Assembly (NCBI GenBank): GCA_965235115.1
Contig: OZ249436.1
Location: forward strand, 24,244,001-24,308,000
Direction of reading: 5' to 3'
DNA: 64,000 bases
Source: Laetmonice hystrix
Lineage: Eukaryota
Shown here: in pieces, positions 26,870-38,612 of the stretch
Position numbering within the stretch: position 1 is the stretch's first letter
Layout: each line of letters begins with the position of its first letter
Notes under the pieces: generated by a model
What the model was told of the DNA's origin: nothing
What the model saw: only the letters and a program-made list of their open reading frames with translations
Databases searched by the model: none
Program-made: the position numbers and the translations under genes

Positions 26870-29217
26870 GGGTCATTCCATATGAACTCAACCAAATTTG
26901 AGAAATTTTCCCGGGTCACCGACTCAGATTTGGCTGAATTTTTTTTTCAGAGTACCTCTACACATATAATGAACACATGCAAAATTTTAGGCTTCAACTC
27001 CCAAGGGTTTCTGAGATATGACCCTCAGAACATGGTGGGGGGTAGCCCACTTTTTGCACTCGCAAATCGCAGACGTTAATTTGTAGGGGGATTTGGAGGC
27101 CAATAGCTTAAAAATAAATCAAAGGTTTGGGCTGAAACTTGCTAGCCAGGGTAATTGAGACCCAGGCTTTCAGAATCCGTCATCGAAATTAGTCTACCTC
27201 TTCTCATTTCTGTGTTATTGGCCTCTCAAATATGAATATTTTTATGGCCGAAAATACAAAATTCAATTTTCAAGGACCCCCCATCAGCCCAGGATCACCT
27301 GCAGAGGGTAAATGATGCTGGATTTCTTTTATTTAGGGACAGATCTGTCAGCAGTAGGAATATTGACTATATTAAAGACTTAATATAGGAGTTACGAGCC
27401 TCTGAAATGGGTCTCAGCCGGAAAAAATGAGTTTTTTGCCATTATTTGGTTGACAAGCTCACCATGTGGGCAATTGCTGAAGGTTATGAAACTTTTTCTA
27501 TATAATTGTATATATCTTACCTGTATTTGTTTGAAATTTCAACTTGTTTTTTCATTTCGTTCTCTTTTAAATAATTTTGTTAAATGTAGGCATTTTTTTG
27601 CGATTCGCAGGTGGGTCATTCCATGTTGAACCAATGGCAAAAAAGTTGATGTCTTCGAATTTCTTTAAATTTTAACCACATATTTGATAGCCATATTTGG
27701 CTACCTCTGCAAAATTTCTAAGCATTTGCATGAAAATTGTGTCTCTGGGGCCTCCAAGTATGAGGTGGGGGGTTGTCGACAAAAGCGCACCACTAATTCT
27801 GAGTAGGTTTTCAAACACCTCTAACTTTATGGCTTTTAAATTTAGAAGGCTGAAATTTGCTTTGCTTGCAGACAGTTTGGTGTAGAATAAGTCTACAAAA
27901 GATTGGATAGATATGTGAAAGGGTCTTGGCAGCATAATTGTCTGGAAATGGGAAAAAAATAAGTTTTACCGTTTCCGGTTGCTCAGTAATTTTGAGAATA
28001 TAATCTCTGTATATCTGTTGACCCTTATACTAGTTACCAATATGTCTGACAATAGATACTTGGCAATTTGGATACTGTAAGAAGACATTTGCATGGAGAA
28101 AATGACTGGTAAAACCCTACTCGAAAAGAGTAAAACTTATTTTTTCCCATTTTCAAACAATTATGCTGCCAAGACCCTTTCATAGATCTCTTAAATCTTT
28201 TGTAGGCCTACTCTACACCAAACTGTCTGTAAGCAAAGCAAATTTCAACCTTCTAAATTTAAAAGCCTTAAAGTTAGAGGTGTTTGAAAACCTACTCAGA
28301 ATTAGTGGTGCGCTTTTGTCGACAACCCCCCACCTCATATTTGGAGGCCCCAGAGACACAATTTTCATGCAGATGTTTAGCAATTTTGCAGAGGTGGACA
28401 AATATGGCTATCAAATATGTGGTTAAAATTTAAAGAAATTCGGACACATACTTTTTTGCCATTGGTTCAACATGGAATGACCCACCTGTGAATGTAAAAA
28501 AAACGCCTACATTTAACAAAATTTTTTAAAAGTGAAGGAAATGAAAAAACAAGTTGAAATCTTAAACAAATACAGGTAAGATATATACAATTATATAGAA
28601 AAAGTTTCATAACCTTTAGTAATTGCCCACATGGTGAGCTTGTCAACGAAATATTTGCAAAAAAGTCATTTTTTCCAGCCGAGACCCTTTTCAGAGGCTC
28701 GTAACTCCTATATTAAGTCTTTAATATAGTCAATTTTCCTACTGCAGACATATCTGTCCCCAAATAAAAGGAATCCAGCATCATTAACCCTCTGCAGGTG
28801 ATCCTGGGCTGACAGGGGGTCCTTGAAAATTGAATTTTGTATTTTCGGCCATAAAAATATTCATATTTGAGAGGCCAATAACACAGAAATGAGAAGAGGT
28901 AGACTAATTTCGATGACAGATTCTGAAAGCCTGGGTCCCAATTACCCTGGCTAGCAAGTTTCAGCCCAAACCTTTGATTTATTTTCAAGCTATTGGCCTC
29001 CAAATCCCCCTACAAATTAACGTCTGCGATTTGCGAGTGCAAAAACTGGGCTACCCCCCACCATGTTCTGAGGGTCATATCTCAGAAACCCTTGGGATTT
29101 GAAGCTTAAAATTTTGCATGTGTTCATTGTATATGTAAAGGTACTCCCACAATTTTTTTGAGCCAAATCTGAATCGGTGACCTGGGGACCTCTGGTTGAG
29201 TTCATATGGAATGACCC
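26870..29217. mobile_element. 2.35-kb foldback (palindromic) Sola2-like element
   Basis: GGGTCATTCCATATGAACTCAACC ends; ~1.1-kb inverted arms (mirror ORFs 27672-27935 - and 28163-28426 +) around a ~150-bp spacer; flanks CATG and CATT. Confidence 0.9.
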
Positions 29218-29595
29218 CATTAAATAACTGTCTTAGAACAATTAAACAATAAATAGAGTACATTTAGTTTAAGATTCAGCAGACTGCTGTGAAAAAAAAT
29301 CATGAAATTTTATTTGGTATCTGTTTTGACTCGCGACACGGCCGCCATCTTGGATTCGACGAAATTATGAAAGGCGAGGGGTTGACCTACTTATTATTAA
29401 AAACCAAATTAAAATTAGACCAAAACTTTTTCAGATATCATATATTCTGTTAAAAATACAGTTTCTAGATTTCTGTAAAAGTGGGATTTCTGGTGCCATG
29501 GCTTCCACTACTTTGAATAGGCCCAGCGATCCCCTCGAGGACCCATTTTTTGACCCACTAAAATAGTCATAACTTTGTTAATAATGGTGCTAGAG

Positions 29596-30178
29596 GGTTG
29601 CCAGAGGAGTGTGCTACGCGAGGAGTGTGCTACTCGTTCTGTGCTACGTGACTCAGCCAGGCCGCCGCGGCCCCTCCCCGGACCCTGTGCCCGTTGACAC
29701 GCGTGTAAGGAGGGGCGCTATTTAATCGAACTTTACACTAGCATAGACTCTATGAACATTTGTTGTAGACTCTACTAGTCTAAGTCTGATAACGATGCGT
29801 AGCGTACCGTAGTTTATGAAAAATCGCGAGTTTAAAATGAGTGTGTGCCAGCAGCAGCCTTCCCAAGTTCCCTCCCGCGGGGCGAACCGTGATGCCGCTG
29901 TCCCTCTCAGAGCACTGCCGTCCGTCGGGCTGCCACTCAGTGACACATTCGGCAGCCGCTCGAGGTGGCGATGGTGGTGAGGGCCGGGGTGGAGGACCGG
30001 GGTGTCTGTGTTTGTAGGGACCACCAGTGGTCCACCCCTCCCCTTCACTACCGGCACTACCCTCCCTGTGCCGCGGCCGCCCACTCCCACCACGCCGCCC
30101 CAAACCCTTCCGCGACGCACAGGTGGCCTCTGAAAATACTGTAGCACACTCCTCGCGTAGCAGACTCCTCTGGATACC
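29596..30178. mobile_element. Merlin-like MITE
   Basis: TIR GGTTGCCAGAGGAGTGTGCTACGCGAGG / CCTCGCGTAGCAGACTCCTCTGGATACC; 8-bp TSD TGCTAGAG at 29588-29595 and 30179-30186. Confidence 0.8.
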
Positions 30179-30598
30179 TGCTAGAGACTTCATTTAAAAT
30201 CTGTAGGTCTTAGAATTGTGTGTTCTATGCAGTGATAACAATAAAAAAACAGTATCTTTCCTATTTAAAAATGGCCGAAACACCCTATCTATAGTCGGGG
30301 GGGGTCCGGGGGGGGGGTCGTAGGGGGGTCCAGCATAAAAAGGGCAAATCGAGGGGGGAAACAATAAGGCATTTTGGTTAAAAAAAATTTACTTTGGCAA
30401 ATTTGGGGGGGGGGGGGGTCCGGACGTCGCCGACACCCCCCGTGGATCCGCCACTGAAACCAGCGAGGCTATCTACTCCTTGTCCCGCTAACGCGAAAGC
30501 TCTTGAATTCTCGTGACATACTTAAACGCCCTTGACTGACGATGCTGAATAAAATGCGCTTAGGGCCTAGCCCTACGCCTAGGCCTATGTGTTCTTAC

Positions 30599-30638
30599 CT
30601 CGAATAGGCCTAGGCCTATGTCCATTCCCACCGTCCAT
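30599..30638 (-). CDS. Probable first coding exon (MDGGNGHRPRPIR) of the MCTP-like gene
   Basis: aacaacATGG start context, 13 codons plus 1 nt, donor GAG|gtaaga. The phase-1 donor matches the phase-1 acceptor at 2075 (G+GG = Gly). Confidence 0.65.
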
Positions 30639-31248
30639 GTTGTTGTTCAGCGCACGTTACCGATGCGTGCGCAATATTGACAGTCGGCTACTTCCGTGAA
30701 CAGCATTATCTTGATCTTGATCATCGATGTACAGTGTATACTAACTATAGATCTACACATCGATGGTCTTGATCATCAAGACAAGCAGGCCGCAGGCAGT
30801 TCGGGTGACCGGGACTGGTAAACGGTAGGCATCAGCTCGCAACTCGGTAATTTTCTTCGAGTGTGTGCGCTAGCCTATGCCAGTCGCAGTACGCGCACGG
30901 GATTATGGGAGCGCTATGTGGCGTAGACTTCCGATTCAATTGGCAGTCCCCTTCTATACTATGCCGTGCCAATGCCATAGCCTGGTCCTCTGCCCGGCCT
31001 ACCAGACGCATCCGATATGCTAAGCTTCTAAATAAATAGGTATCAATATAGACCTGGGGACCAGGCTACCAATACCAGCCTCGCTGAGCCACCATGCGCT
31101 AAACAGTGACTCCGGGCTGCAACGGATAAGCGGTCGCTTCTTGTTTAAGATCCAGCATAGAACTCAAGTTCTGTGGATACAGACGTTGAAACACTAAAGT
31201 AAACGGCTCTAAGAAGACTGGAGTCTGGCTCAGTCAAGCAGTCCGATA
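30639..31248. promoter_or_regulatory. Putative bidirectional promoter and 5' UTRs shared by the MCTP-like gene and LARP6
   Basis: CpG-rich stretch with no recognisable TE, lying between divergent ATGs; ACTTCCG (ETS-like) motifs; an inverted pair of CATCGATG motifs at ~30720-30767. Confidence 0.55.
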
Positions 31249-32874
31249 ATGAGTAAAGTGGAAACCTTAAGGACCGTTAATAAGGGAGGTGGAGATATTA
31301 ATGAAAAGAACATGGTTGAACAGGTGTCGAGCGGTAGTAGATCTACCATGTCCAAGAATGGCAAGATGGTGGCACCAGCCCTGCGCATCGAGGAACTGAA
31401 AGACGAGGACGGGCCGAGTTCAGCCGCTTACGTCAGCGAAGAAGAGGGTGCAATAAGCCATGGAGAAGGAGGTACTTCAGACACTGACAGATGTGGAAAA
31501 CAACTGCCTGAAGAGTTTCAACCTCCAAATGGTGACTTAATGGCAAAGATTATACAGCAAGTGGAGTTCTACTTCTCCGACATGAGTATATTGAAAGATG
31601 CATTTCTCCTTAAACATGTGCGGCGCAATAAACAGGGATATGTCAGTTTAAAGCTAATTACTTCCTTTAAGAAGGTTAAGACTCTAACCAAAGACTATCG
31701 AGTGGTTGCCTACAGTTTAAGACAGTCGAAAAAACTTGAAGTAAATGAAGAAGGCACGAAGGTCCGTCGTACTGATGCGCTTCCAGATTATGATGAGACT
31801 ACTCCATCAAGAACTGTAGTAGCTGTCAACCTTACCCAAGATAATCCAACCATTGAAAATATTGCTGAAGCATTTGCAGGCTGTGGAGAGATTGCACTCA
31901 TACGAATTGTGAGACCTGGCAAGGCTGTGCCTCAGGATGTAAAAAAACATATGAATCGTCATCCTGAAATTGGAGCAACTGTGTGTGCCATTGTTGAGTT
32001 TGAGGATCATGAAGCAGCAGAGAAGGCATGTGAGATGCTTACTGACAAGGACAATTGGAGAAAAGGAATGCGTGTTGTTTTACTTTCAACAAAGAAGGAA
32101 AAATGTAAAAGAAGGGAAGTAGGTAAAGAACACTGTGAAGCTGCAGGGAAAGATTATGGTGACATGCATGTTCCACAGTCGGGGGACGGAAAGGATTCCG
32201 ATCATGGTGATTGTGAAAAAAGTGAAAAAAGACGCCGTAAAAGAGGTGGAAAGAGGAAGAATTCTCGTGTGGATGAACTCATAACTTCAGAATCTCCTAG
32301 TTATAGTAGTGACTCAGGAGGGGAGAGTGTTGACATGATGTCAATAGAAAGTCATGATCGATCTTCTATTTCTGAATTGTCCTGTGGTAAAAAAAAAAAT
32401 CACAGGAACTCTCTCAGTCCTAAACAGGATCCAATGCGTCTAAGTCCCAGTAACACCCCAAGAAGCAGTCCATCTTCTAGTCCAAGAGGAAGTCCCAACA
32501 CAACTCGGAGAAAACATCATGGACGTTCACCCTTAGCAAGTGAGCTGAGCCCTTCTGGAAGCCCACATCCAAGTCCTGCCTGCAGTCCAGAAGTAAGACG
32601 TCGAAGCTCAGTAGAAGACAAAGAGATGACAGGGTCTCCTAGCAGTCCATGGGTTCAACGGCGCCTAAAGGCTCAACAAGCTGGTCAACTTGTATTTATT
32701 AGTGCTGCAAATCCAAGAGTAGGGCATCGAATATCTGAAGGAACTCATGATAAAGCATGCACCCCACGAATGGCAAACATGGAGGGCATCATTCGTCAGC
32801 CACACGGTCCAGATGGCACTCGAGGATTTTGTGTAGGTGCATGCAGGGCCAAACTCAGGGGTGACACTGTTTAA
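31249..32874 (+). CDS. LARP6: La-related protein 6 (La motif + RRM + C-terminal LSA/SUZ-C motif), single coding exon
   Basis: La motif QVEFYFSD...KDAFLLKHVRRNKQGYVSLKLITSFKKVK; RRM SRTVVAVNL...CAIVEFED; SPWVQRR; C-terminal IIRQPHGPDGTRGF. AATAAA at 33032. Confidence 0.95.
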   Translation: MSKVETLRTVNKGGGDINEKNMVEQVSSGSRSTMSKNGKMVAPALRIEELKDEDGPSSAAYVSEEEGAISHGEGGTSDTDRCGKQLPEEFQPPNGDLMAKIIQQVEFYFSDMSILKDAFLLKHVRRNKQGYVSLKLITSFKKVKTLTKDYRVVAYSLRQSKKLEVNEEGTKVRRTDALPDYDETTPSRTVVAVNLTQDNPTIENIAEAFAGCGEIALIRIVRPGKAVPQDVKKHMNRHPEIGATVCAIVEFEDHEAAEKACEMLTDKDNWRKGMRVVLLSTKKEKCKRREVGKEHCEAAGKDYGDMHVPQSGDGKDSDHGDCEKSEKRRRKRGGKRKNSRVDELITSESPSYSSDSGGESVDMMSIESHDRSSISELSCGKKKNHRNSLSPKQDPMRLSPSNTPRSSPSSSPRGSPNTTRRKHHGRSPLASELSPSGSPHPSPACSPEVRRRSSVEDKEMTGSPSSPWVQRRLKAQQAGQLVFISAANPRVGHRISEGTHDKACTPRMANMEGIIRQPHGPDGTRGFCVGACRAKLRGDTV

Positions 32875-33951
32875 AAGGAGCATAACCTATCAGACTTCCC
32901 ATAGTAGAGATTCTGACATTGACTTGGAAGGAATAACTAGGTTGAATGATGTAAATTAGTGCATATGCACATGTGGTAATACATGGACCGGTGATCATCC
33001 ATGTATGCATGAGCATTAAGCTTTAAAAACTAATAAAGTTTATAAATAGCCTGTCACCCATAGAGATATACATGACCCCTGAATGTAGTGTATGGGAAAA
33101 GTTTTCAGGCATGTCCAGCTTTGTGGTCATCTGTATCATGCACCAATATTTCTTTGTTACCTCTTTCCAAGCCAGAGTGTTAAAAAGTGCTCACTGTAGG
33201 CTCCAGTTCAAAGTGCCCCAAAGTGCCCAGACACAACATTAACCTGTTTACTCTTTCAAGCTCTCAGGTTTTATCTAACCAAGGCCCAGTTGACAAATTG
33301 GCTTTGGAAAATTCCATGAAACCATCCAAGGTTAAAATGAGGCTTGGGTCATATCATGAACTCAACCAAAGTTGAGGAATCTTCCCGGGTCACCGACTCA
33401 GATTTGGCTGATGTTTATTTTCAGAGTACCTCTACACATATAATGAACACATGCAAAATTTTAGGCTTCAACAGTTGAACTCCTCTCTGATATGCCTCTC
33501 TGAACATGGTGGGGGGTAGGTCACTTTTTGCACTCGCAAATCGCGGACAAAATCAAATCAAAGGTTTGGGCTGAAACTTGCTAGCCAGGGTAATTGAGAC
33601 CCAGGCTTTCACAACCTGTCATCGAAATTGGTCTACCTCTTATCATTTCAGTGTTTTTGGCCTCAAATATGAATCTTTTTATGGCCGAAAATCCAAAATT
33701 CAATTTTCAAGGACCCCCTGTCAGCCCAGAAACACCTGCAGAGGGTTAATGATGCTAGATTCCTTTTATGTAGGGTCAGATCTGTCAGCAGTAGGAATAC
33801 TGACTATATTCAAGACTTAATATAGGAGTTAAGAGCCTCTGAAATGGGTCTTAGCGGAAGTTAGCCAGAAAAAATGACTTTTTTGCCATTATTTGGTTGA
33901 CAAGCTCACCATGTGGGAAATTGCTGAAGGTTATGAAACTTTTTCTATATA

Positions 33952-34285
33952 CAGTTAGTTTCACTTAACCCGAACTTTTGGGGAAATCAGAAAAAGTTTG
34001 GGTTAACCGAAAATTCGGGTTAACCGAAATGGCCCCATTTAGGCTCGAAACCATTAAAAAGGGCTTCCTCAATGTTGGGGTAGGCTGACTGGCGGATTCT
34101 CTTACGGGCCAAATCACCGCAACCTTGGTCACGCTCAGCAAAAATCTGAACACGACTAGCGGGCTGCTTCCACTGAGAAATAGTGGCGGGAGGTATACCT
34201 AACTCCTTGGAAAGCTTACGAGCCTTCTCCCCATTGTCAAGACGTTGCAAAACGCTAACTTTCACTGACAAGGGGTATGATGATT
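33952..34285 (-). mobile_element. Tigger/pogo-like fragment with N-terminal transposase HTH remnant
   Basis: TA|CAGT terminus; peptide KVSVLQRLDNGEKARKLSKELGIPPATISQWK...RKRIRQSAYPNIEEALF is typical of the HTH_psq/CENP-B N-terminus. Confidence 0.75.
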
Positions 34286-34622
34286 GCAGGCACGTGTCCA
34301 GGATTTTCAGCAGGGGGGGGGGGTCTCCCTAAAGTTAGAGGTGTTTGAAAACCCACTCAGAATTAGTGGTGTGCTTTTGTCGACAACCCCCCACCTCATA
34401 TTATTTGGAGGCCCCAGAGACACCATTTTCATGCAAATACAAATATGGCGATCAAATATGTGGTTAAAATTTAAAGAAATTCGGAGACATTCTTTTTTGC
34501 CATTGGTTCAACATGGAGTGCCCACCTGCGAATATCAAAAAACGCCTACATTTAACAAAATTATTTAAAAGTAAACGAAATAAAAAAAAGTTGAAATTTT
34601 AAACAAATACAGGTAAGATATA

Positions 34623-36074
34623 CAGGGATGAAAGTTTTCAGGAAATTTCCTGAAATCAGGAAATTTGAAAAAATCCCCCCCCCCCCCCCAAGAAATAACA
34701 CCCAAAAAAGAAAATAGGCCTAGATCTATAGGCAAAAGAGGTAGGCCTAAGCCAAGGCTAAGTATTGCCCTGGACTGTGTGGTGGGCAATTAATATCAAA
34801 TGAAACAATATCCCCTTCCAGGACGTTTTTTAACACCATGCAGCTCAATATATCTCTACCTGCCAAAGTTCGTTTATAGATGGGGATATTAGAGTGTCTC
34901 AAACCCGTTCAGTGTCACGGGTGCCGCCGTGCATAGGCCGGTCTGCCGGGGGTGCTGGTCCCTGTAGCTGTGGTGACATCGCTCACATAGACCGGCCCGC
35001 GTCGGCTGACTTCTACCGCACGCGGTGGCGTCTGTCCCGTCTGGCAGGCACGGCCCCGTGTCGCTGTGGTGAGAGCGACTCACCTCAGGTAATGACTTCA
35101 GGCAAAATTGATGGTCAGGCAGCTGCGAAGCCCGTTGATTCAGGCTTGCCATTATGCCATATCCATGCGCGAGTTTTGCCTGAGCGCTCACTTAGTGAAC
35201 GAGACTATAGTATAGACAGACCGGTCTGTCTAGTCCCGGCGTTGGTGATAGTGATTAGGCTGACGAACTATGCACCATCACAATGTCACTCCTCACAGGA
35301 AACTGGGTCAATTTAGTTCTATGAATCTGCCTAGTATATATGTCAGTAAGTTCTCATAATGTGTTCTTGCATATAAATTTGAGGATAGTGGCATTACGTA
35401 AGTGGTTTTCACTGAAGTTTTGGGGTTGTCAGGACTTTTCATTACATTTGTCGATCAGTGCAGGTGTCCTGATAAGACCGGAAGTGACAATTTTCACAAC
35501 AACATGAGTGGCACATGGACACACGGGCTGAACCACTCGACTCAGCGAAGCCTGTGTTGCTTGGCTGAGAGCCGCTGAGGGTCGTGACTGCTGAGGGTCA
35601 AGACTGATGGACAGCCTGTGTGGTCAGTCTAACACATGGAAGCTGTTTGACAACGTAATCGGTTGCATTTTGGACGCTAAAAGCCGACTGGATTCCAATG
35701 TTGGAGAGAGACGGCAGAGCCAGGCAGAGGTTGACATGCACTGACTGTGAGTGTGACTGAGTGACAGGCAAGCAACAGCCTTGAACAGGGGCATGGACTG
35801 ATGAGTGATGGAGTCTATCCAGCAAATTTGCAGGGGTGGGGGTTGGGGGGGGGGTGGCGACTAAATACTGAGGGCTAGGCCCTATAATATATAATAGCTA
35901 GAAGGCCTTATCGGATCATGATTGTCTGCTGTTCCTAGCCTGACTTTTTTTAAGGGGGGGGGGTAAGCCTTGGATGTGCGCATGAACAAATATTAATTAT
36001 GGACATTGGCCCCCGCCGCTCCCCCCCCCGGTCAGAATTTCAGGAAATTTTACAGCTGGCCACTTTCATCCCTG
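34623..36074. mobile_element. CAGGG-terminus element with 6-bp TSD
   Basis: TIR CAGGGATGAAAGT / ACTTTCATCCCTG; GATATA on both sides. Confidence 0.8.
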
Positions 36075-36605
36075 GATATATGTATATAGAAAAAGTTTCG
36101 TAACCTTCAGCAATTGCCCACATGGTGAGCTTGTCAACCAAATAATGGCAAAAAAGTCATTTTTTCCAGCCGAGACCCTTTTCAGAGGCTCTTAACTCCT
36201 ATATTAAATCTTGAATATAGTCAATATTCCTACTGCAGACAGATCTGTCCCTGAATAAAAGGAATCCAGCATCATTAACCCTCTGCAGGTGATCCTGGGC
36301 TGACAGGGGGTCCTTGAAAATTGAATTTTGGATTTTCGGCCATAAAAAGATTCATATTTGCATGAAAAGAGTTAGACCAATTTCGATGAAAGATTGTGAA
36401 AGCCTGGGTCTCAATTACCCTGGCTAGCAAGTTTCAGCCCAAACCTTTGATTTATTTTCAAGCTATTGGCCTCCAAATCCCGCTACAAATTAACGTCCAC
36501 GATTTGCGAGTGCAAAAAGTGGGCTACCCCCCACCATGTTCTGAGGGTCATATCTCAGAAACCCTTGGGAGTTGAAGCTTAAAATTTTTGCATGTGTTCA
36601 TTATA

Positions 36606-37465
36606 TCGGGTGTCCCAGAAAAAGTGAACCGCTTTTTGACAAGTATTTTCTTAGTGATAGGTAAACCGAATTCATTGAAAATTTTCACACAGTAACCTTA
36701 GGGTATCATCAACAAGTCTGCAAAATATCTAAAAGATCTGACTTAACTTATGCGAGTATTGTCAAATTCAAAACAGCATGTCAAAAAATCCAATATCAAA
36801 AGAAAACCCTTATTTCAGTTTATACTCAATGTGGCCTCCATCTTCCTTCACGGTTAAAGGAAGCCGTTTCTTGCAAACAGATAAAGCGATTTCATTGAAA
36901 TTTTTCACACAATAACTTTAGGGTATCATCAACAAGTCTGCAAAATATCTAAAAGATCGGACGGAAATTATGCGAGTATTGTCAAATTCAAAACAACATG
37001 TCAAAAAATCCGATATCAAAACTGTGCAATCTGACCATCACCATCATGTTCATGGATTATGTTATATGGAACTCTCTGAAGGAGAAAGTTTACCGGGCAC
37101 TGAGAGACAAATTGACCCAGGCAGCGTTAAAGGACAGGATAATTATGTCATAGGAGAAGATATCGGTGGAAGAAATACGTAAAAGCATTCCTGTTTGGAA
37201 GGAACGGCTTCCTTTAGTCGTGAAGGAAGATGGAGGCCACATTGAGCATAAACTGAAATAAGGGTTTTCCTTTGATATTGGATTTTTTGACATGCTGTTT
37301 TGAATTTTACAATACTCGCATAAGTTCTGTCAGATCTTTTAGATATTTTGCAGACTTGTTGATGATACCCTAAGGTTATTGTGTGAAAATTTTCAAAGAA
37401 TTCGGTTTATCTATCACTGAGAAAATACTTGTCAAAAAGCGGTTCACTTTTTCTGGGACACCCGA
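36606..37465. mobile_element. Tc1/mariner-superfamily deletion derivative with ~275-bp inverted repeats
   Basis: TCGGGTGTCCCAGAAAAAGTGAACCGC ends inserted in a TA run; internal transposase C-terminal remnant. Confidence 0.85.
37052..37261 (+). pseudogene. Tc1/mariner transposase C-terminal remnant
   Basis: Hand translation gives MDYVIWNSLKEKVYR...LKDRIIMS*EKISVEEIRKSIPVWKERLPLVVKEDGGHIEHKLK*, the typical DY.IW..LK.KVY ... GGHIE ending, with an in-frame stop where W is expected. Confidence 0.8.
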
Positions 37466-38612
37466 TATATGTAAAGGTACTCCCACAATTTATTTGAGCC
37501 AAATCTGAGTCGGTGACCATGGGACCTCTGGTTGAGTTCATATGGAATGACCCGCTTGCAGTGGTCGCCACAGATTTTTATTTTGTTAAGACAGCTGAAT
37601 ACTGACGGGGATGGTGAGAGTCTGGACACTGGTTGATCTAAAATGAAAATAAATCTTTGTTTTTATGCTTCAAACTAAAGTTGGCAAGGTCCTAGATAAG
37701 GACAGGGAGGTTAATTGTGATTGTTGAATCAAGTTTCAGTGATACTGATATCTGCTAGCTAGTGGCAAACCGTAGTCTGGTTGACGGTCAATCTGACGGT
37801 TGGGTGGTTGTCTTCGGTTAGCTGGATTACCTGTGATTGACCACAGTCCAACCTTACACCCATCTGGGATTTGGCCTTCACCCCATGCCTGAGATGCCAC
37901 TCTTCCACTTTTTAATGGAATTCCATTTTTTCCAACTCCGCCTCAAAATTTACACACACAAAAAAACTTATATTTCTGTACTTAAAGTATACCTTGAGTG
38001 TGGACATGCAGATACAGTTCTCTGTAATTTATAGTCCTGTACATACTGGTTCTGATCCTAATGGATAACATCTACTCACTCCTCCCTGACTGCCAGTAGG
38101 CGGTAGGATGGGCTATCGGCTGCCCTTCAGCCCATGAACCTGTTCCATTATTTTTCCACTCTGTATTTAGTGGAAGATGCATAGGTTAACTTGCAGGGTT
38201 CCCACAAGACCTGGGAAACGATACAAACCTGGAAAAATCATGGAATTTCAAAAATCCACTCAAAAGCCTGGAATTTTAGGGTCTGACCTGGAAAATAAGC
38301 AAGATTTCATACAGAATGACCTGCCAACAGATAGAGAAATTAAATTTTAAAGATTATTATTTGAAGGTTAGATAGGCAGTTCGGAGTTGAAATATAGAAT
38401 CGTTAATCAGGGCAAATAAATATTATGAAGATAAAACCGCATAGCAGTCATGTCATTTACAATTTACTGTAATGGCCGTGATGCCCTTTCAGAGTATTGG
38501 CCTCAGTGACCCCTATATTGTGAAACCGCGAAAAACATTTCCCATGGCAGCCATAATAACAGGCCTCCCAGTGAAACCTATAAAAGCCTATTTTTCAATT
38601 TGGGAGCCTGTA

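Larger units (their letters stand above)
33346..37553. mobile_element. Second copy of the foldback Sola2-like family, with three nested insertions
   Basis: GGGTCAT...ATGACCC ends; GCTT TSD at 33342-33345 and 37554-37557; arms match 26870-29217. Confidence 0.9.

Noticed and set aside
26867..29263. Mirror-image ORF pairs
   Set aside because: Produced by the palindromic arms of the foldback element; no protein motifs.
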